From positions 1-63,060 of the forward strand of contig MFWB01000007.1 of NCBI GenBank assembly GCA_001787205.1: a DNA stretch of 63,060 nt, read 5' to 3'. The stretch comes from Candidatus Nomurabacteria bacterium RIFOXYB1_FULL_39_16 (GTDB taxonomy: Bacteria > Patescibacteriota > Minisyncoccia > Phycocordibacterales > UBA9973). Below are positions 9,714 through 20,195 of this stretch, piece after piece. The position numbers and the translations under genes were made by a program. Position 1 is the first letter of the stretch. Each line of letters opens with the position of its first letter. The notes below the pieces were generated by a model. The model was not told where the DNA came from and made no database searches. It saw only the letters and a list, made by a program, of their open reading frames with translations.

Positions 9714-11057
9714 TTATTTTAGGATTTTAATATCCGCCCCGATAGAGTTTAAGCGTTCGGCTATTTCTTCATATCCGCGGTTGATCATATAGACATTGCG
9801 AAGGATAGATACGCCGGGAGCCGCGAGCATAGAGATGAGAATAATCATAGAAGGGCGTAATGCAGGTGGGCAGACGACTTGTGCGGCTTTTAACGGTGTT
9901 CCGCCTTGAATATAGACCCGGTGTGGGTCGGCAAGGGTGATATTGGCTCCTAGACGGTTTAATTCAGCGAAATATATCGCGCGATTTTCGTAAACCCAGT
10001 CATGAATCATTGTCTGGCCCTTGGCGCGAATCGCGATAGGCACAAAAAATGGAAGGTTGTCTATATTTATTCCGGGGTACGGATTGGAATGAATTTTATC
10101 AGGGAGCGCAGCCAATTTACTCTGGAAAATTTCTATGTCAGCAAGCTTAGTACGGCCATTAAAAGAATAGTATCTTTTTAAGATTTTATATTTTAAATTC
10201 ATCCTTTTTAATTTTTCAAGCTCCAGAGAAAGAAAATCAATCGGGCAACGGGTGATGGTGAGCTTGGAATCAGTGACGATACAAGCCGAAATAAACATCA
10301 TAGATTCAATGGGGTCTTCGCTGTTCCAATATTCAACATTCTTATTTATCTCACTTACCCCGTGAACGGTCAGAGTGGAAGTACCGATGCCGTCAATTTT
10401 CACCCCTAAGGTTTCAAGGAAAAAGCATATTTCCTGCACCATATAGTTCGCGCTGGCAAAAGAGATGACTGTGTCACCGGGGATTAGGGCTGCCGCGGAA
10501 AGAATATTTTCACAAGCGGTGTCTCCGGATTCGTACATTACTATTTCGGCTGGCTTTAATTTTTTCGCGGTAATTTCATAATTCTGCGAGGTTGTTTTTA
10601 TTTTTACCCCCAGTTCTTCTAGCGCATACGTATGGGCTGCAATGGTGCGTTTGCCTAAAGTGCAACCTTGAGCGTGAGGCAAGGAAAAAGAAGGAAGGAA
10701 GTGGATGAGTGGACCCATCAGCATCACGATGGAACGAGTCTTCACGGCTGATTCAATATTTATATTTTCCAATTTAAAAATTTTAGGGGGGACAATTTTT
10801 ATTGTGTTTTTTTCCAACCAAGAAACTTTAACTCCGATACTTTCTAAAATTTCTATCACTCTATTCACTTCTTCAATGCGGGCAATGCCGTGTAAAGTAG
10901 TCACGCCTTTATTTAAAAGAGAAGCGCAAAGGAGCCCCACGGAGCCATTCTTGGAAAAGTTTGTCTTAATACTACCGCTTAATTTCCTTCCGCCATTTAC
11001 CAGGAAGTCGGTGGAAACACTCGGCTGTATTTTTGTTTTTTTGGTTTTCTTTTCCAT
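9714..11057 (-). CDS. murA: UDP-N-acetylglucosamine 1-carboxyvinyltransferase
   Basis: EPSP-synthase-fold length. The active-site loop AQGCTLGKRTIAAH carries the catalytic Cys. Confidence 0.9.
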   Translation of the reverse strand: MEKKTKKTKIQPSVSTDFLVNGGRKLSGSIKTNFSKNGSVGLLCASLLNKGVTTLHGIARIEEVNRVIEILESIGVKVSWLEKNTIKIVPPKIFKLENINIESAVKTRSIVMLMGPLIHFLPSFSLPHAQGCTLGKRTIAAHTYALEELGVKIKTTSQNYEITAKKLKPAEIVMYESGDTACENILSAAALIPGDTVISFASANYMVQEICFFLETLGVKIDGIGTSTLTVHGVSEINKNVEYWNSEDPIESMMFISACIVTDSKLTITRCPIDFLSLELEKLKRMNLKYKILKRYYSFNGRTKLADIEIFQSKLAALPDKIHSNPYPGINIDNLPFFVPIAIRAKGQTMIHDWVYENRAIYFAELNRLGANITLADPHRVYIQGGTPLKAAQVVCPPALRPSMIILISMLAAPGVSILRNVYMINRGYEEIAERLNSIGADIKILK

Positions 11058-11064
11058 ACTCTTG

Positions 11065-11148
11065 TGCCCAGGGAGAGAATCGAACTCTCATGATGTTGCC
11101 ATCAATAGATTTTGAGTCTATCGCGTCTACCAATTCCGCCACCTGGGC
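11065..11148 (-). tRNA. tRNA-Leu (anticodon CAA)
   Basis: The reverse complement folds as a class II tRNA: acceptor GCCCAGG/CCTGGGC, anticodon loop CTCAAAA, long variable arm, T loop TTCGATT. Confidence 0.85.
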
Positions 11149-11307
11149 AAAGCAAACTGCTTTGGTTTGCCCCTAATCCTTTAGGAATCGCCGATGCGAG
11201 CATTGCGAGCAGGCGATCGGGGGCACGATTCCATATCCACACATTCTACACAGAAAATGCCCTAAAATCAATTGCTGAAAATAAAATTTTTATGCTAAAA
11301 TCAAATT

Positions 11308-12312
11308 ATGGCTAACAATTTATATTCAAATTCAATTTTTTGGATTGACACCGACAAGATAAAGCCGAACCCTTTTCAGCCTAGGCGCGACTTTGATGAG
11401 GCAAGGTTGCAAGATTTAGCCGATTCCATCAAGCAATATGGGGTACTTCAGCCCCTCATTGTCTCCCGAGTAGAGGTGGAAAAGGAAGGTGGAGAGGGAA
11501 TTATGACCGAATATGAGCTTATAGCGGGAGAACGTAGGCTTCGGGCAGCCAAACTCGCCGGAGTTTCCCAGGTTCCAGCTGTCATCCGTACCGGAGACAC
11601 GGCCATAATGAAACTAGAACTCGCTATTATTGAAAATTTACAACGTGAAGATTTAAATGTCGTAGATAGAGCACGCGCTTTTTTCAGACTAGTTAGCGAA
11701 TTTAAATTCACCCACAATGAAGTGGCAAAAAAAATGGGCAGAAGTCGGGAATATGTTTCCAATTCTTTACGTATCCTAACCTTGCCGGAAGAAATCCTAA
11801 ACGGTTTATCCGAAGGGAAAATTACCGAAGGGCATACCAGACCCATTCTGATGTTGGCCGACCACCCCGAAGAACAGCTCGTGCTTTTTAAAGAAATAGT
11901 ATACAAGAAAATTACTGTGCGAGAAGCAGAGAGATTGGCGAGGAAGATAGCTTATGACCGCGTACGCAAGAAAGAATTTATGCCCGACCCGGAAATTACC
12001 GAACTGGAAGAAGAATTTCAAGAAAAATTGGGTACTCGCGTCCACATAGATAGGAAAGAGCTTGGCGGGCAAATTAAAATTGACTTCTTTTCCACGGAAG
12101 ATTTGCGAACCATTTTAGATTTAATTCAAAAAGGCGAAGTGGAGAAGAAACCAGCTGATTTACTGGAAAATTATATTGCTCAAAACGATGCAACAATTTC
12201 CGAACCCGCTAATGCCGAGGGTGGAGAAGAAACGCCGATAGACGATAGAAATAAAGAAGAAGCGCAAAAAGACGATGCCGACCTATACAATATTTCCAAC
12301 TTCAGCGTCTAA
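11308..12312 (+). CDS. parB: Chromosome partitioning protein ParB/Spo0J
   Basis: ParB box LIAGERRLRAAKLAG, IENLQRED, and an HTH segment. Confidence 0.85.
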   Translation: MANNLYSNSIFWIDTDKIKPNPFQPRRDFDEARLQDLADSIKQYGVLQPLIVSRVEVEKEGGEGIMTEYELIAGERRLRAAKLAGVSQVPAVIRTGDTAIMKLELAIIENLQREDLNVVDRARAFFRLVSEFKFTHNEVAKKMGRSREYVSNSLRILTLPEEILNGLSEGKITEGHTRPILMLADHPEEQLVLFKEIVYKKITVREAERLARKIAYDRVRKKEFMPDPEITELEEEFQEKLGTRVHIDRKELGGQIKIDFFSTEDLRTILDLIQKGEVEKKPADLLENYIAQNDATISEPANAEGGEETPIDDRNKEEAQKDDADLYNISNFSV

Positions 12313-13775
12313 CTACGACCGAATGATTTGAGCCTGGACAGTAAACTATTTTTTTCCAAATAGGATTTTATGTGCTTTTTCGCAATTGATGTTTTGACTG
12401 TTTCCAACCATTTGCTGGATGGCTTGGCATCTTTTTTGGTTGATATTTCCACAATATCTCCATTTTTCAATTTTGAAAAAATCGGGGACATTTTGCCGTT
12501 TATCTTGGCTCCGGAAGTGTGATCTCCGATATCCGAGTGTATGGAGTAAGCGAAATCAATCGGAGTGGAGTCTTCTGGCATATCTATCACATCCCCTTGA
12601 GGAGTGAAAATAAAGATACGGTCATTAAAGAAATCCATCTTAAGATGGTTGAAAAAGTTTTTCGGATCATCCGGCGAATATTTCAATTCTTTCAGCTCCT
12701 CTATCCATTTGAATTTGTCTTTGTCATCCCGAACCTTTTTTTCTCCCTGTTCTTTATAAGCGAAGTGCGCGGCGATACCGTAAGCCGCTTCGGCGTGCAT
12801 TTCTTCCGTCCTTATTTGAATTTCCGCGATGCCACCCAAGCCGGTAAAAATAGTGGTATGAATAGAACGATAGCCGTTGGGCTTCGGCAGGGCAATGTAA
12901 TCTTTGATTCTACCAGGCAACGGATTCCAAAGGGAATGAACCAATCCTAAAACCCGATAGCATTCCTCCACCGTGTCCACGACGACCCGCAAGGCCACAA
13001 TGTCGTAGATTTTCTCTATATCCATATTATATTTCAGAAGTTTTTTATATAGGCTGTATCTGTGTTTTATTCTGTAATTTATTTCAACCACTTTTATTTT
13101 ATTTTTTCGGAGTTCGCTTTTCAGTTTTTCACTCACTTCGGTAAGATATTTTTCATAGAGTCCTTTCTTCTCTTTTATTATTTCTTCTATCTGCATATAT
13201 TCTTTCGGATATGCGAAAGGGAAGGCGGCGTCTTCCAAGTCGCCCTTGAGCTTTCCCATTCCCAAGCGGTTTGCCAACGGAGCGTAAACTTCAATTGATT
13301 CCACGGCAATTCGGTACCGTTTTTCTTCGGGTGCATGCTCTAGTGTTCTTAAATTGTGGAGTCTGTCGGCGAATTTTATAATAACTACTCGCAGATCGTT
13401 AGCCATAGCGATGAAGAACTTACGTAGAGATTCCACATGCCTGTCATGTCCACGATATTTTACCGCTCCTAATTTAGTCACTCCCTTTATTAGAAACAAA
13501 ATATCTTCGCCAAAATTTTTTTTGATTTCTTCTTCCGTGGTAGGTGTGTCTTCCAGGGTGTCATGTAATAATCCGGCGGCTATAGTCTGCGCATCCATAC
13601 CTAGTTTAGCCAGAATTTTCGCTGTCTCAAAAACATGAACAAAATACGGTTCTCCGGAAAGTCTTTTTTGCCCTTCATGCGCCCGAGAAGCCAACTCATA
13701 AGCATTACTTATAAGTTCTCCGTCCTTTTTGTTTACTTTCCCGATAAGGTCAAATATTTCCTTGACGTTGGGCAT
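12309..13775 (-). CDS. rel: Bifunctional (p)ppGpp synthetase/hydrolase (RelA/SpoT homologue)
   Basis: HD hydrolase motif HDTLEDT, synthetase core RIKDYIALPKPNGYRSIHT, and the TGS segment FTPQGDVIDMPEDSTPIDFAYSIH. Confidence 0.9.
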   Translation of the reverse strand: MPNVKEIFDLIGKVNKKDGELISNAYELASRAHEGQKRLSGEPYFVHVFETAKILAKLGMDAQTIAAGLLHDTLEDTPTTEEEIKKNFGEDILFLIKGVTKLGAVKYRGHDRHVESLRKFFIAMANDLRVVIIKFADRLHNLRTLEHAPEEKRYRIAVESIEVYAPLANRLGMGKLKGDLEDAAFPFAYPKEYMQIEEIIKEKKGLYEKYLTEVSEKLKSELRKNKIKVVEINYRIKHRYSLYKKLLKYNMDIEKIYDIVALRVVVDTVEECYRVLGLVHSLWNPLPGRIKDYIALPKPNGYRSIHTTIFTGLGGIAEIQIRTEEMHAEAAYGIAAHFAYKEQGEKKVRDDKDKFKWIEELKELKYSPDDPKNFFNHLKMDFFNDRIFIFTPQGDVIDMPEDSTPIDFAYSIHSDIGDHTSGAKINGKMSPIFSKLKNGDIVEISTKKDAKPSSKWLETVKTSIAKKHIKSYLEKNSLLSRLKSFGRS

Positions 13776-13818
13776 AGGGGGATTATAGCATCCGAAGTTA
13801 ATTTAGAAAAATATTAGC

Positions 13819-16056
13819 CTATGCTTCTATTTTTTGTATCTTGTGCGGGTTATGCATCTTACAAGCCTTGTTGCTACATCTTTCAGGTATAGTTTTCGTC
13901 CCCTCCATCATCAAGCTTCCACATTCTTTACAAATATTTCCTGTTGGCTTTGCTTTTATCGCAAATTTACAATCCGGATAATTTGAACAGGAGTAGAAAA
14001 TACCAAAGCGTCCTCTTCTCTCAGAAATATCACCCGTTTTACATACAGGACACATCACGCCGGTCTTTTTTCTGGCTTCTTCAGCTTCATCTTTTTTAAT
14101 AAATTTACATTTTGGATAACGAGAGCAAGAAATAAAGGTGCCTGTACCATCTCGTCTTTGTTTGATTACCAATTTTCCTCCGCCGGATTTACCTTTCTTT
14201 TCCCCACACAAAGGACACATCTCTCCAGTTTCTTCTGGGCCTTTCAGCTCTGTCCCGTCTAACATCAGGGCTCCGTCGCAATCTGGATATTTGGAACAGG
14301 AATAAAACTTGCCTCCGCGAGAAAGTTTGATAATCATAGAGCTTTCACACTTCGGACATTTTATATTTTCTGGTGCGTCGCCTAGATTTGTCGCTTTTTC
14401 TAATTTATCTTTTAGTTTTACTTCTTTAGAAAATGGACCGTAAAAATCTTTCAAGGTCTTTTCGTATTCGCGTTCACCACGTGAAATTTCATCTAGTTCA
14501 TCTTCCATTTCGGCGGTAAAGGTATCAGAAATATAGTTTGCAAAATGTTTTTCCAAAAAATCAGACACCACTTCGCCTGTATCAGTAGGAAAAAGTGTTT
14601 TATTTTCTTTTCTTACATAACCCCTGTCTTCAATTGTACGCATTATAGAAGCATAAGTGGATGGTCTACCGATTCCTCTACCCTCAAGTTCTTTAATCAA
14701 TCCAGCTTCACTGTATCTTCCAGGTGGTTCAGTAAATTTTTCTTCACTACTCAAGCCCAATAATTTCAACTTCTCTCCCTCTTTACATATTGGAAGCTCC
14801 ACATCATCACCTCGAGCGCCGGTATCCACCGCCAACCATCCAGGGAAAAGCAATCTAGAACCGTTCGCGATAAACTCCGGAAGGTCTTCGTGGTTTTCTA
14901 TAATTGCAGTAATTTTTGTCTTTAGTAATTTCGCATCCGTCATTTGAGAAGACACTGCGCGTTCCCAAATGAGCCGATAGAGCCTGTCAAAATCATCATG
15001 CCCCGTGTGCAGTTTATCTATATGAGTTGGACGGATAGCTTCGTGGGCCTCCTGAGCATTTTTTGATTTGGTTTTATAAATTCTTGCTTGCGCATATTCC
15101 GCTCCGTATTCTTTTTTCACAAATGAAAGTATCTGGCCTTGCGCAGAGGCAGAAAGGTTCGTACTGTCTGTGCGCATATAAGTGATGTGTCCGGCTTCAT
15201 AGAGCTTCTGCGCAATTTGCATTGTGCGTGAAGGGGAGTATCCGAGTCTTGAACTGGCTGTTTGTTGTAAAGTAGAAGTGGTAAATGGCGCACGCGGAGA
15301 GCGTTTCTGTTCGCTCTCTTTTACACCTTTTACAATCCATTCACCCTTCTTGCCTTCGGTCATTATTTTCTCCACCAATTTTTCATCTCTAGGCTCTTCA
15401 CTACACTCCAAGGTTATTTTTGCTTCTTTTTGAGTTTCAAATAATCCTAGTATCCTCCAATATTTTTCTGGCACGAAAGCGCGAATTTCTCTCTCGCGTT
15501 CCATTATGATACGAAGCGCAGGAGATTGAACTCGGCCTGCTGAAAGCCCGTAGCGCACTTTTTTCCAAATAAGTCCCGATAAATCATAGCCCACGAGCCT
15601 GTCTAGCACTCTGCGAGCCTCCTGGGCCTTGCGCAGAGCCGTGTCTATATCTCTCGGATGTTTTAAAGCTTCCTCCACTGCTTCTTTGGTGATTTCGTGA
15701 AAGGCTACTCGCGAAATAGGCGCCTTCACTTTCTTGTCTTCATTAAGTAATGTCTCAATGTGCCAAGCGATGGCTTCTCCTTCGCGGTCGGGGTCTGTCG
15801 CTAACATTATCTCTGTCGCCTTTTCTGCCAATCCCTGAAGTTCGTGCACGACTTTTTCTTTACCTTTAGAAATTTCATAATGCGGGATAAATCCACCCTC
15901 AATATCTATTGCCTTCTTGTTTGATTTAGGTAAGTCGCGAATGTGCCCGACTGATGCGCGCACAGTAAATCTGTCCGCCGGGTTGGCGGATAAACCTTCT
16001 AAATATTTCTCAATAGTCTTTGCTTTTGATGGTGATTCAACAATTAAAAGTTTCAT
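13819..16056 (-). CDS. topA: DNA topoisomerase I
   Basis: Toprim LLIVESPSKAKTIEKYL and DPDREGE, the catalytic Tyr context YMRTDS, and several C-terminal CxxC zinc ribbons. Confidence 0.95.
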   Translation of the reverse strand: MKLLIVESPSKAKTIEKYLEGLSANPADRFTVRASVGHIRDLPKSNKKAIDIEGGFIPHYEISKGKEKVVHELQGLAEKATEIMLATDPDREGEAIAWHIETLLNEDKKVKAPISRVAFHEITKEAVEEALKHPRDIDTALRKAQEARRVLDRLVGYDLSGLIWKKVRYGLSAGRVQSPALRIIMEREREIRAFVPEKYWRILGLFETQKEAKITLECSEEPRDEKLVEKIMTEGKKGEWIVKGVKESEQKRSPRAPFTTSTLQQTASSRLGYSPSRTMQIAQKLYEAGHITYMRTDSTNLSASAQGQILSFVKKEYGAEYAQARIYKTKSKNAQEAHEAIRPTHIDKLHTGHDDFDRLYRLIWERAVSSQMTDAKLLKTKITAIIENHEDLPEFIANGSRLLFPGWLAVDTGARGDDVELPICKEGEKLKLLGLSSEEKFTEPPGRYSEAGLIKELEGRGIGRPSTYASIMRTIEDRGYVRKENKTLFPTDTGEVVSDFLEKHFANYISDTFTAEMEDELDEISRGEREYEKTLKDFYGPFSKEVKLKDKLEKATNLGDAPENIKCPKCESSMIIKLSRGGKFYSCSKYPDCDGALMLDGTELKGPEETGEMCPLCGEKKGKSGGGKLVIKQRRDGTGTFISCSRYPKCKFIKKDEAEEARKKTGVMCPVCKTGDISERRGRFGIFYSCSNYPDCKFAIKAKPTGNICKECGSLMMEGTKTIPERCSNKACKMHNPHKIQKIEA

Positions 16057-16103
16057 AACTTCCCAAGTATTACACGAATATTAATTTAAACGCAAATTTC
16101 AAT

Positions 16104-16970
16104 TTAAAATACTGCGCGAATTTCTCCCATTTCTTCTTTGATTAATCCCTTGATTTCCATTATGGAAAGGAGTGAGTTTGCAGTGCTTGTTGATAAATTC
16201 ATTTTCCGAATTAATTCATCCCTTTCCAATGGTTCTGTCAATAATTTTAATACCAATTTTTCTTCGGGTCTTGCATCTTCAAAAAGGCTTTGCTGTTTAC
16301 TTTCTGCGTCTATTTTAAAACCCAAAGCCTCCAGAATGTCATCACTACAAGTGATAGGAGTGGCCCCTTGTCTGATTAATTTATTTGTACCTTTTGAATA
16401 TTCTGAACTTATCGGTCCGGGTACAGCCAGGACATCTTTATTATAATCGAGCGCCATACGTGCAGTGATGAGCGTACCAGATTTTTCTTGAGCTTCTATA
16501 ATGAGTGCTGCTTTAGAAATACCCGCCACAAGTCTGTTTCTCATCGGAAAAGTATAATACGCCGCTTTCAAATCTGGTTCAAACTCTGAAATGACACATC
16601 CTCCCGCCTTTATTATCTTTTCTGCAAGTTTTAAGCTAGTGGAAGGAAAAAAAACTTCTTCGGAAATTCCCGAACCGGGAAAGGCGACTGCAGTAAGGCC
16701 GGCATCGAGCGCTGCTTCGTGAGATAAAGCGTCTATGCCTACAGCCAAACCCGAGACTATGGCTATCGGATATCCTTTGAGTCCAGAAATTAATTTTTTT
16801 ACAACATCTTTACCATAGGCCGTGGCTTTACGAGATCCGACCACTGCGAGGCACACTGTGCCATCCGAAGGCAAACTACCTGCTATATAAAGTTTTTTCG
16901 GCGGTTGAGGAATTTCTAAAAGATCGGCAGGTATAGCTTTTCCTTCTAAAATTTTTAAATCAAATTTCAT
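16104..16970 (-). CDS. dprA: DNA processing protein DprA
   Basis: ORF 16104..17219 trimmed to the ATG at 16970 (MKFDLKILEG...), because the N-terminal extension overlaps serS. Motifs GLAVGIDALSHEAAL and SGTLITARMALDYNKDVLAVPG. Confidence 0.85.
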   Translation of the reverse strand: MKFDLKILEGKAIPADLLEIPQPPKKLYIAGSLPSDGTVCLAVVGSRKATAYGKDVVKKLISGLKGYPIAIVSGLAVGIDALSHEAALDAGLTAVAFPGSGISEEVFFPSTSLKLAEKIIKAGGCVISEFEPDLKAAYYTFPMRNRLVAGISKAALIIEAQEKSGTLITARMALDYNKDVLAVPGPISSEYSKGTNKLIRQGATPITCSDDILEALGFKIDAESKQQSLFEDARPEEKLVLKLLTEPLERDELIRKMNLSTSTANSLLSIMEIKGLIKEEMGEIRAVF

Positions 16971-17013
16971 ATAACTTATATGTTTTGTAATTATCGCAAT
17001 TCTATTATATACT

Positions 17014-18333
17014 ATGTTTATGTTGGATATAAAATTCATTCGTGAAAACAAAGACATTGTGCAGGCGGGAGCTAAGAAAAAACGCATAGAAATTGATATT
17101 GGGAAGCTCATCTCTTTGGATGACTCTCGCTTGTTGGAGCTCAAAGCGGTGGAAGACTTGCGCAGTGAAGTCAATAGAGTCTCTAACGACATCGCCCGGG
17201 ACCAAGACCCGGCGCTCAAGATTCAGCTCATTGAGGAAATGCGCGGAGTGAAAGAAGAGATAAAGGCCAAAGAAGAAAAATTGAAAGCTACGATGGAAGA
17301 ATGGCAGAAAATAATGCTGAAGATTCCCAATATTCCTTCAGTAGATACTCCAGAAGGTCCTGACGATAGCGGTAACCAAGTGGTGCGAAGCTGGGGAGAG
17401 AAGCCACAGTTTGCTTTTACCCCCAAAGAACATTACGAATTGGGTAAAGCTTTGAAAATAATAGACACCGAAACAGCGGCTGAAGTTTCCGGATCCAGAT
17501 ATGCATATTTGAAAGGTGATTTAGTTATTATGCAATTTGCTCTTATTCAAATGTGTCTGGAAATTTTAACAAACGAAGAAACACTTAAAAAAATTGCCGA
17601 AGGGTCAAATATATCCGTAATCCCAACGAGTTTTATGCCTGTTGTTCCGCCGGTTTTCATTAGACCAATCGTCCAGGTAAAAATGGCTCGCTTTATGACT
17701 CCAGAAGAACATTATATGTTCCCGAATGATGATTTGATGCTTATCGGCAGCGCTGAACACACTCTCGGCTCTATGCATATGGGTAAAATTTTTGAAGAAA
17801 AAGATTTACCTATTAGATACGCCGGATATTCTACCGCTTTCCGAAGGGAAGCAGGCGCAGCAGGTAAGGACACGAATGGAATATTGCGTCAGCATCAATT
17901 TGATAAATTAGAAATGGAAGTTTTCTCCTTGCCGGAGAATTCAATGCAAGAACAAAATTTTCTAGTAGCTATTCAGGAATATGTTTTACAAACCCTAAAA
18001 TTGCCGTATCAAGTAGTGGCTGTCTGCACCGGAGATATGGGCTTCCCGGATAGTAGACAAATAGATATTGAGACTTGGATGCCTGGACAAAATAAATACA
18101 GAGAGACTCACAGCGCGGATTCCACGGGTGGATTTCAGGCTCGTCGTTTAAACACGAGAGTACGAAGAAGTGATGGGAAAATTGAACACGTACATATGAA
18201 TGACGCCACTGTTATTGCTATCGGACGTACGTTAATTGCCATTATTGAAAACTATCAACAAGCGGATGGCTCTATAAAAATCCCGGAAGTTCTACGTAAG
18301 TATATGGGTGGCAAAGAATTCATAACCAAGTAA
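17014..18333 (+). CDS. serS: Seryl-tRNA synthetase
   Basis: N-terminal coiled-coil arm, class II motif 2 FRREAGAAGKDTNGILRQHQFDKLE, and motif 3 GRTLIAIIENYQ. Confidence 0.9.
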   Translation: MFMLDIKFIRENKDIVQAGAKKKRIEIDIGKLISLDDSRLLELKAVEDLRSEVNRVSNDIARDQDPALKIQLIEEMRGVKEEIKAKEEKLKATMEEWQKIMLKIPNIPSVDTPEGPDDSGNQVVRSWGEKPQFAFTPKEHYELGKALKIIDTETAAEVSGSRYAYLKGDLVIMQFALIQMCLEILTNEETLKKIAEGSNISVIPTSFMPVVPPVFIRPIVQVKMARFMTPEEHYMFPNDDLMLIGSAEHTLGSMHMGKIFEEKDLPIRYAGYSTAFRREAGAAGKDTNGILRQHQFDKLEMEVFSLPENSMQEQNFLVAIQEYVLQTLKLPYQVVAVCTGDMGFPDSRQIDIETWMPGQNKYRETHSADSTGGFQARRLNTRVRRSDGKIEHVHMNDATVIAIGRTLIAIIENYQQADGSIKIPEVLRKYMGGKEFITK

Positions 18334-18334
18334 T

Positions 18335-19183
18335 ATGCAAAAAAGAAACGTTTTAAATTCTCCGCGACTCACTGAGTTAAAAAAAAGAAGACGGAAGGCT
18401 GTTTTAAATAAAATTTTACTTTCTCTGTTGGGACTGGTGATAGTTTTTTTCCTTTTCGCTTATCTTTCCCGTCTTAAAAATTTAAATATTGCAGAGATAC
18501 AAGTGATGGGCAACGAGATTGTGGACACAGGAGAAATACAAGCAACTGTGGAAGGGGAAGTAGCCGGGAAGTATCTTTGGCTTTTCCCGAAGGGGAACAT
18601 CTTGATTTACCCGCAAGACTCAATAAAAAGCACCCTATTGGATAAATTCAAAAGAATCAAGAAAATAGATTTATCGATAGAAGACAATAAAACACTTATC
18701 ATAAACGTCACCGAGAGGGTAGCGAAATACACTTGGTGCGGAGATGCGCCGTTTCAAATAGAAGAAAAATGTCATTTTCTAGATGAAGATGGCTATATAT
18801 TTGACGAAGCGCCATATTTCTCTGGTGAAGTTTATTTTAAATTCTTTGGACAGCCCGTATCCGTACATAACTATTTTCCGGAACAGAACTTCAACCAACT
18901 TGTGTCATTCATTGATATGCTAGTAGAGATGAAGTTAAAGCCGGTATCTCTATACATAACTTTAAACAAAGACGCAGAAATCTTTCTTTCAAAAGGAAAC
19001 ACGGCAAAGACTGAACCCAAGATAATTTTTAAATTAGATGCTGATTTAGAAAATATAGGTAGCAATTTAAAAACAGCATTAAATACAGAACCACTTAAAT
19101 CTGATATGAACAAGAGATACTCGATGCTGGAGTATATTGATTTACGATTCGGGAATAAAGTTTATAATAAATTTTCTAAATAA
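18335..19183 (+). CDS. FtsQ/DivIB-like cell-division protein (single TM segment plus POTRA)
   Basis: Basic N-terminus, one TM segment, then IAEIQVMGNEIVDTGEI, which is POTRA-like. Confidence 0.5.
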   Translation: MQKRNVLNSPRLTELKKRRRKAVLNKILLSLLGLVIVFFLFAYLSRLKNLNIAEIQVMGNEIVDTGEIQATVEGEVAGKYLWLFPKGNILIYPQDSIKSTLLDKFKRIKKIDLSIEDNKTLIINVTERVAKYTWCGDAPFQIEEKCHFLDEDGYIFDEAPYFSGEVYFKFFGQPVSVHNYFPEQNFNQLVSFIDMLVEMKLKPVSLYITLNKDAEIFLSKGNTAKTEPKIIFKLDADLENIGSNLKTALNTEPLKSDMNKRYSMLEYIDLRFGNKVYNKFSK

Positions 19184-19184
19184 A

Positions 19185-20186
19185 ATGACAAACTTCTGGA
19201 CACAATTACATAGACCGTTCTTCTGCCTTGCGCCGATGTCGGACGTCACAGACATTGCTTTTCGTCATATCTTGGCTAAATACGGCAAGAATAGGGAGAA
19301 TAAAGACAGGGTGGTCTTCTGGACAGAGTTCGTGGCTGCTGATGGTCTATGTAATAAGCTCGCCAAGAAAAAGTTGTCGCATATTTTGAAATTTTCAAAC
19401 AGTGAGAGACCTATCGTGGCCCAAGTCTTCGGCGCTAATCCAGAAAATATGAAGAAAGCCTGCCAATATATCGCCAGTCTGGGCTTTGACGGGATAGACA
19501 TAAATATGGGCTGTCCAGATAAGTCTGTGGTGGCTCAGGGGGCTGGCTCGGGACTTATCAGGACTCCCAAGCTCGCGAGAAAAATAATAGAAGCTGCTAA
19601 TGCAGGAATAAAATCAGCTGGAGTACAGATTCCTCTATCAGTCAAAACAAGGATTGGTTTCAATAAAGAAGAGATAGATACCTGGATTCCGGAACTGTTG
19701 AAAGAAGATATCTCTGCCTTGACCATTCACTTACGTACGGTAAAAGAAATGTCTCTCGTTCCTGCGAATTGGGATTATATTAAAAAAATAAAAGAACTCA
19801 TTAGGAAGAGTGGTAAAGATATATTGCTCATCGGAAATGGAGATATTCAGAGCATAAAAGATGGGGAAGAAAAAGCTCTCAAGTATGGCTGTGATGGAGT
19901 GATGATTGGGCGTGGAGTTTTCGGCAACCCATGGTTTTTTACGGGAAGAGAAAATGCGGATATTTCTATTGAAGAAAGATTGAATGTCCTAATAGAACAC
20001 ACGCAACTCTTTGAAAAAGAACTTTCCAAACCCAAGCACAAAAGTTTTGCCGTGATGAAAAAGCATTTTAAGGCCTATGTGAATGATTTTCCTGGAGCAA
20101 AAGAACTGCGGATAAAATTAATGGAGACGGAAAATGCCACGGGAGTGAGAAAAATAATTGATGATTTTTTAAAGAAAATGGAGTAG
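19185..20186 (+). CDS. dus: tRNA-dihydrouridine synthase
   Basis: ORF 19137..20186 trimmed to the ATG at 19185 (MTNFWTQLHRPFFCLAPMSDVTD). The site GFDGIDINMGCP is present. Confidence 0.85.
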   Translation: MTNFWTQLHRPFFCLAPMSDVTDIAFRHILAKYGKNRENKDRVVFWTEFVAADGLCNKLAKKKLSHILKFSNSERPIVAQVFGANPENMKKACQYIASLGFDGIDINMGCPDKSVVAQGAGSGLIRTPKLARKIIEAANAGIKSAGVQIPLSVKTRIGFNKEEIDTWIPELLKEDISALTIHLRTVKEMSLVPANWDYIKKIKELIRKSGKDILLIGNGDIQSIKDGEEKALKYGCDGVMIGRGVFGNPWFFTGRENADISIEERLNVLIEHTQLFEKELSKPKHKSFAVMKKHFKAYVNDFPGAKELRIKLMETENATGVRKIIDDFLKKME

Positions 20187-20195
20187 AATGATTTT

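Noticed and set aside
11112-11315. 67-aa ORF overlapping tRNA-Leu
   Set aside because: It overlaps the tRNA gene and the G+C-rich hairpin, has no motif, and is probably spurious.
12309-12312. Overlapping convergent stop codons of parB and rel (CTAA)
   Set aside because: This is a real feature of compact genomes, but nothing functional can be inferred from it.
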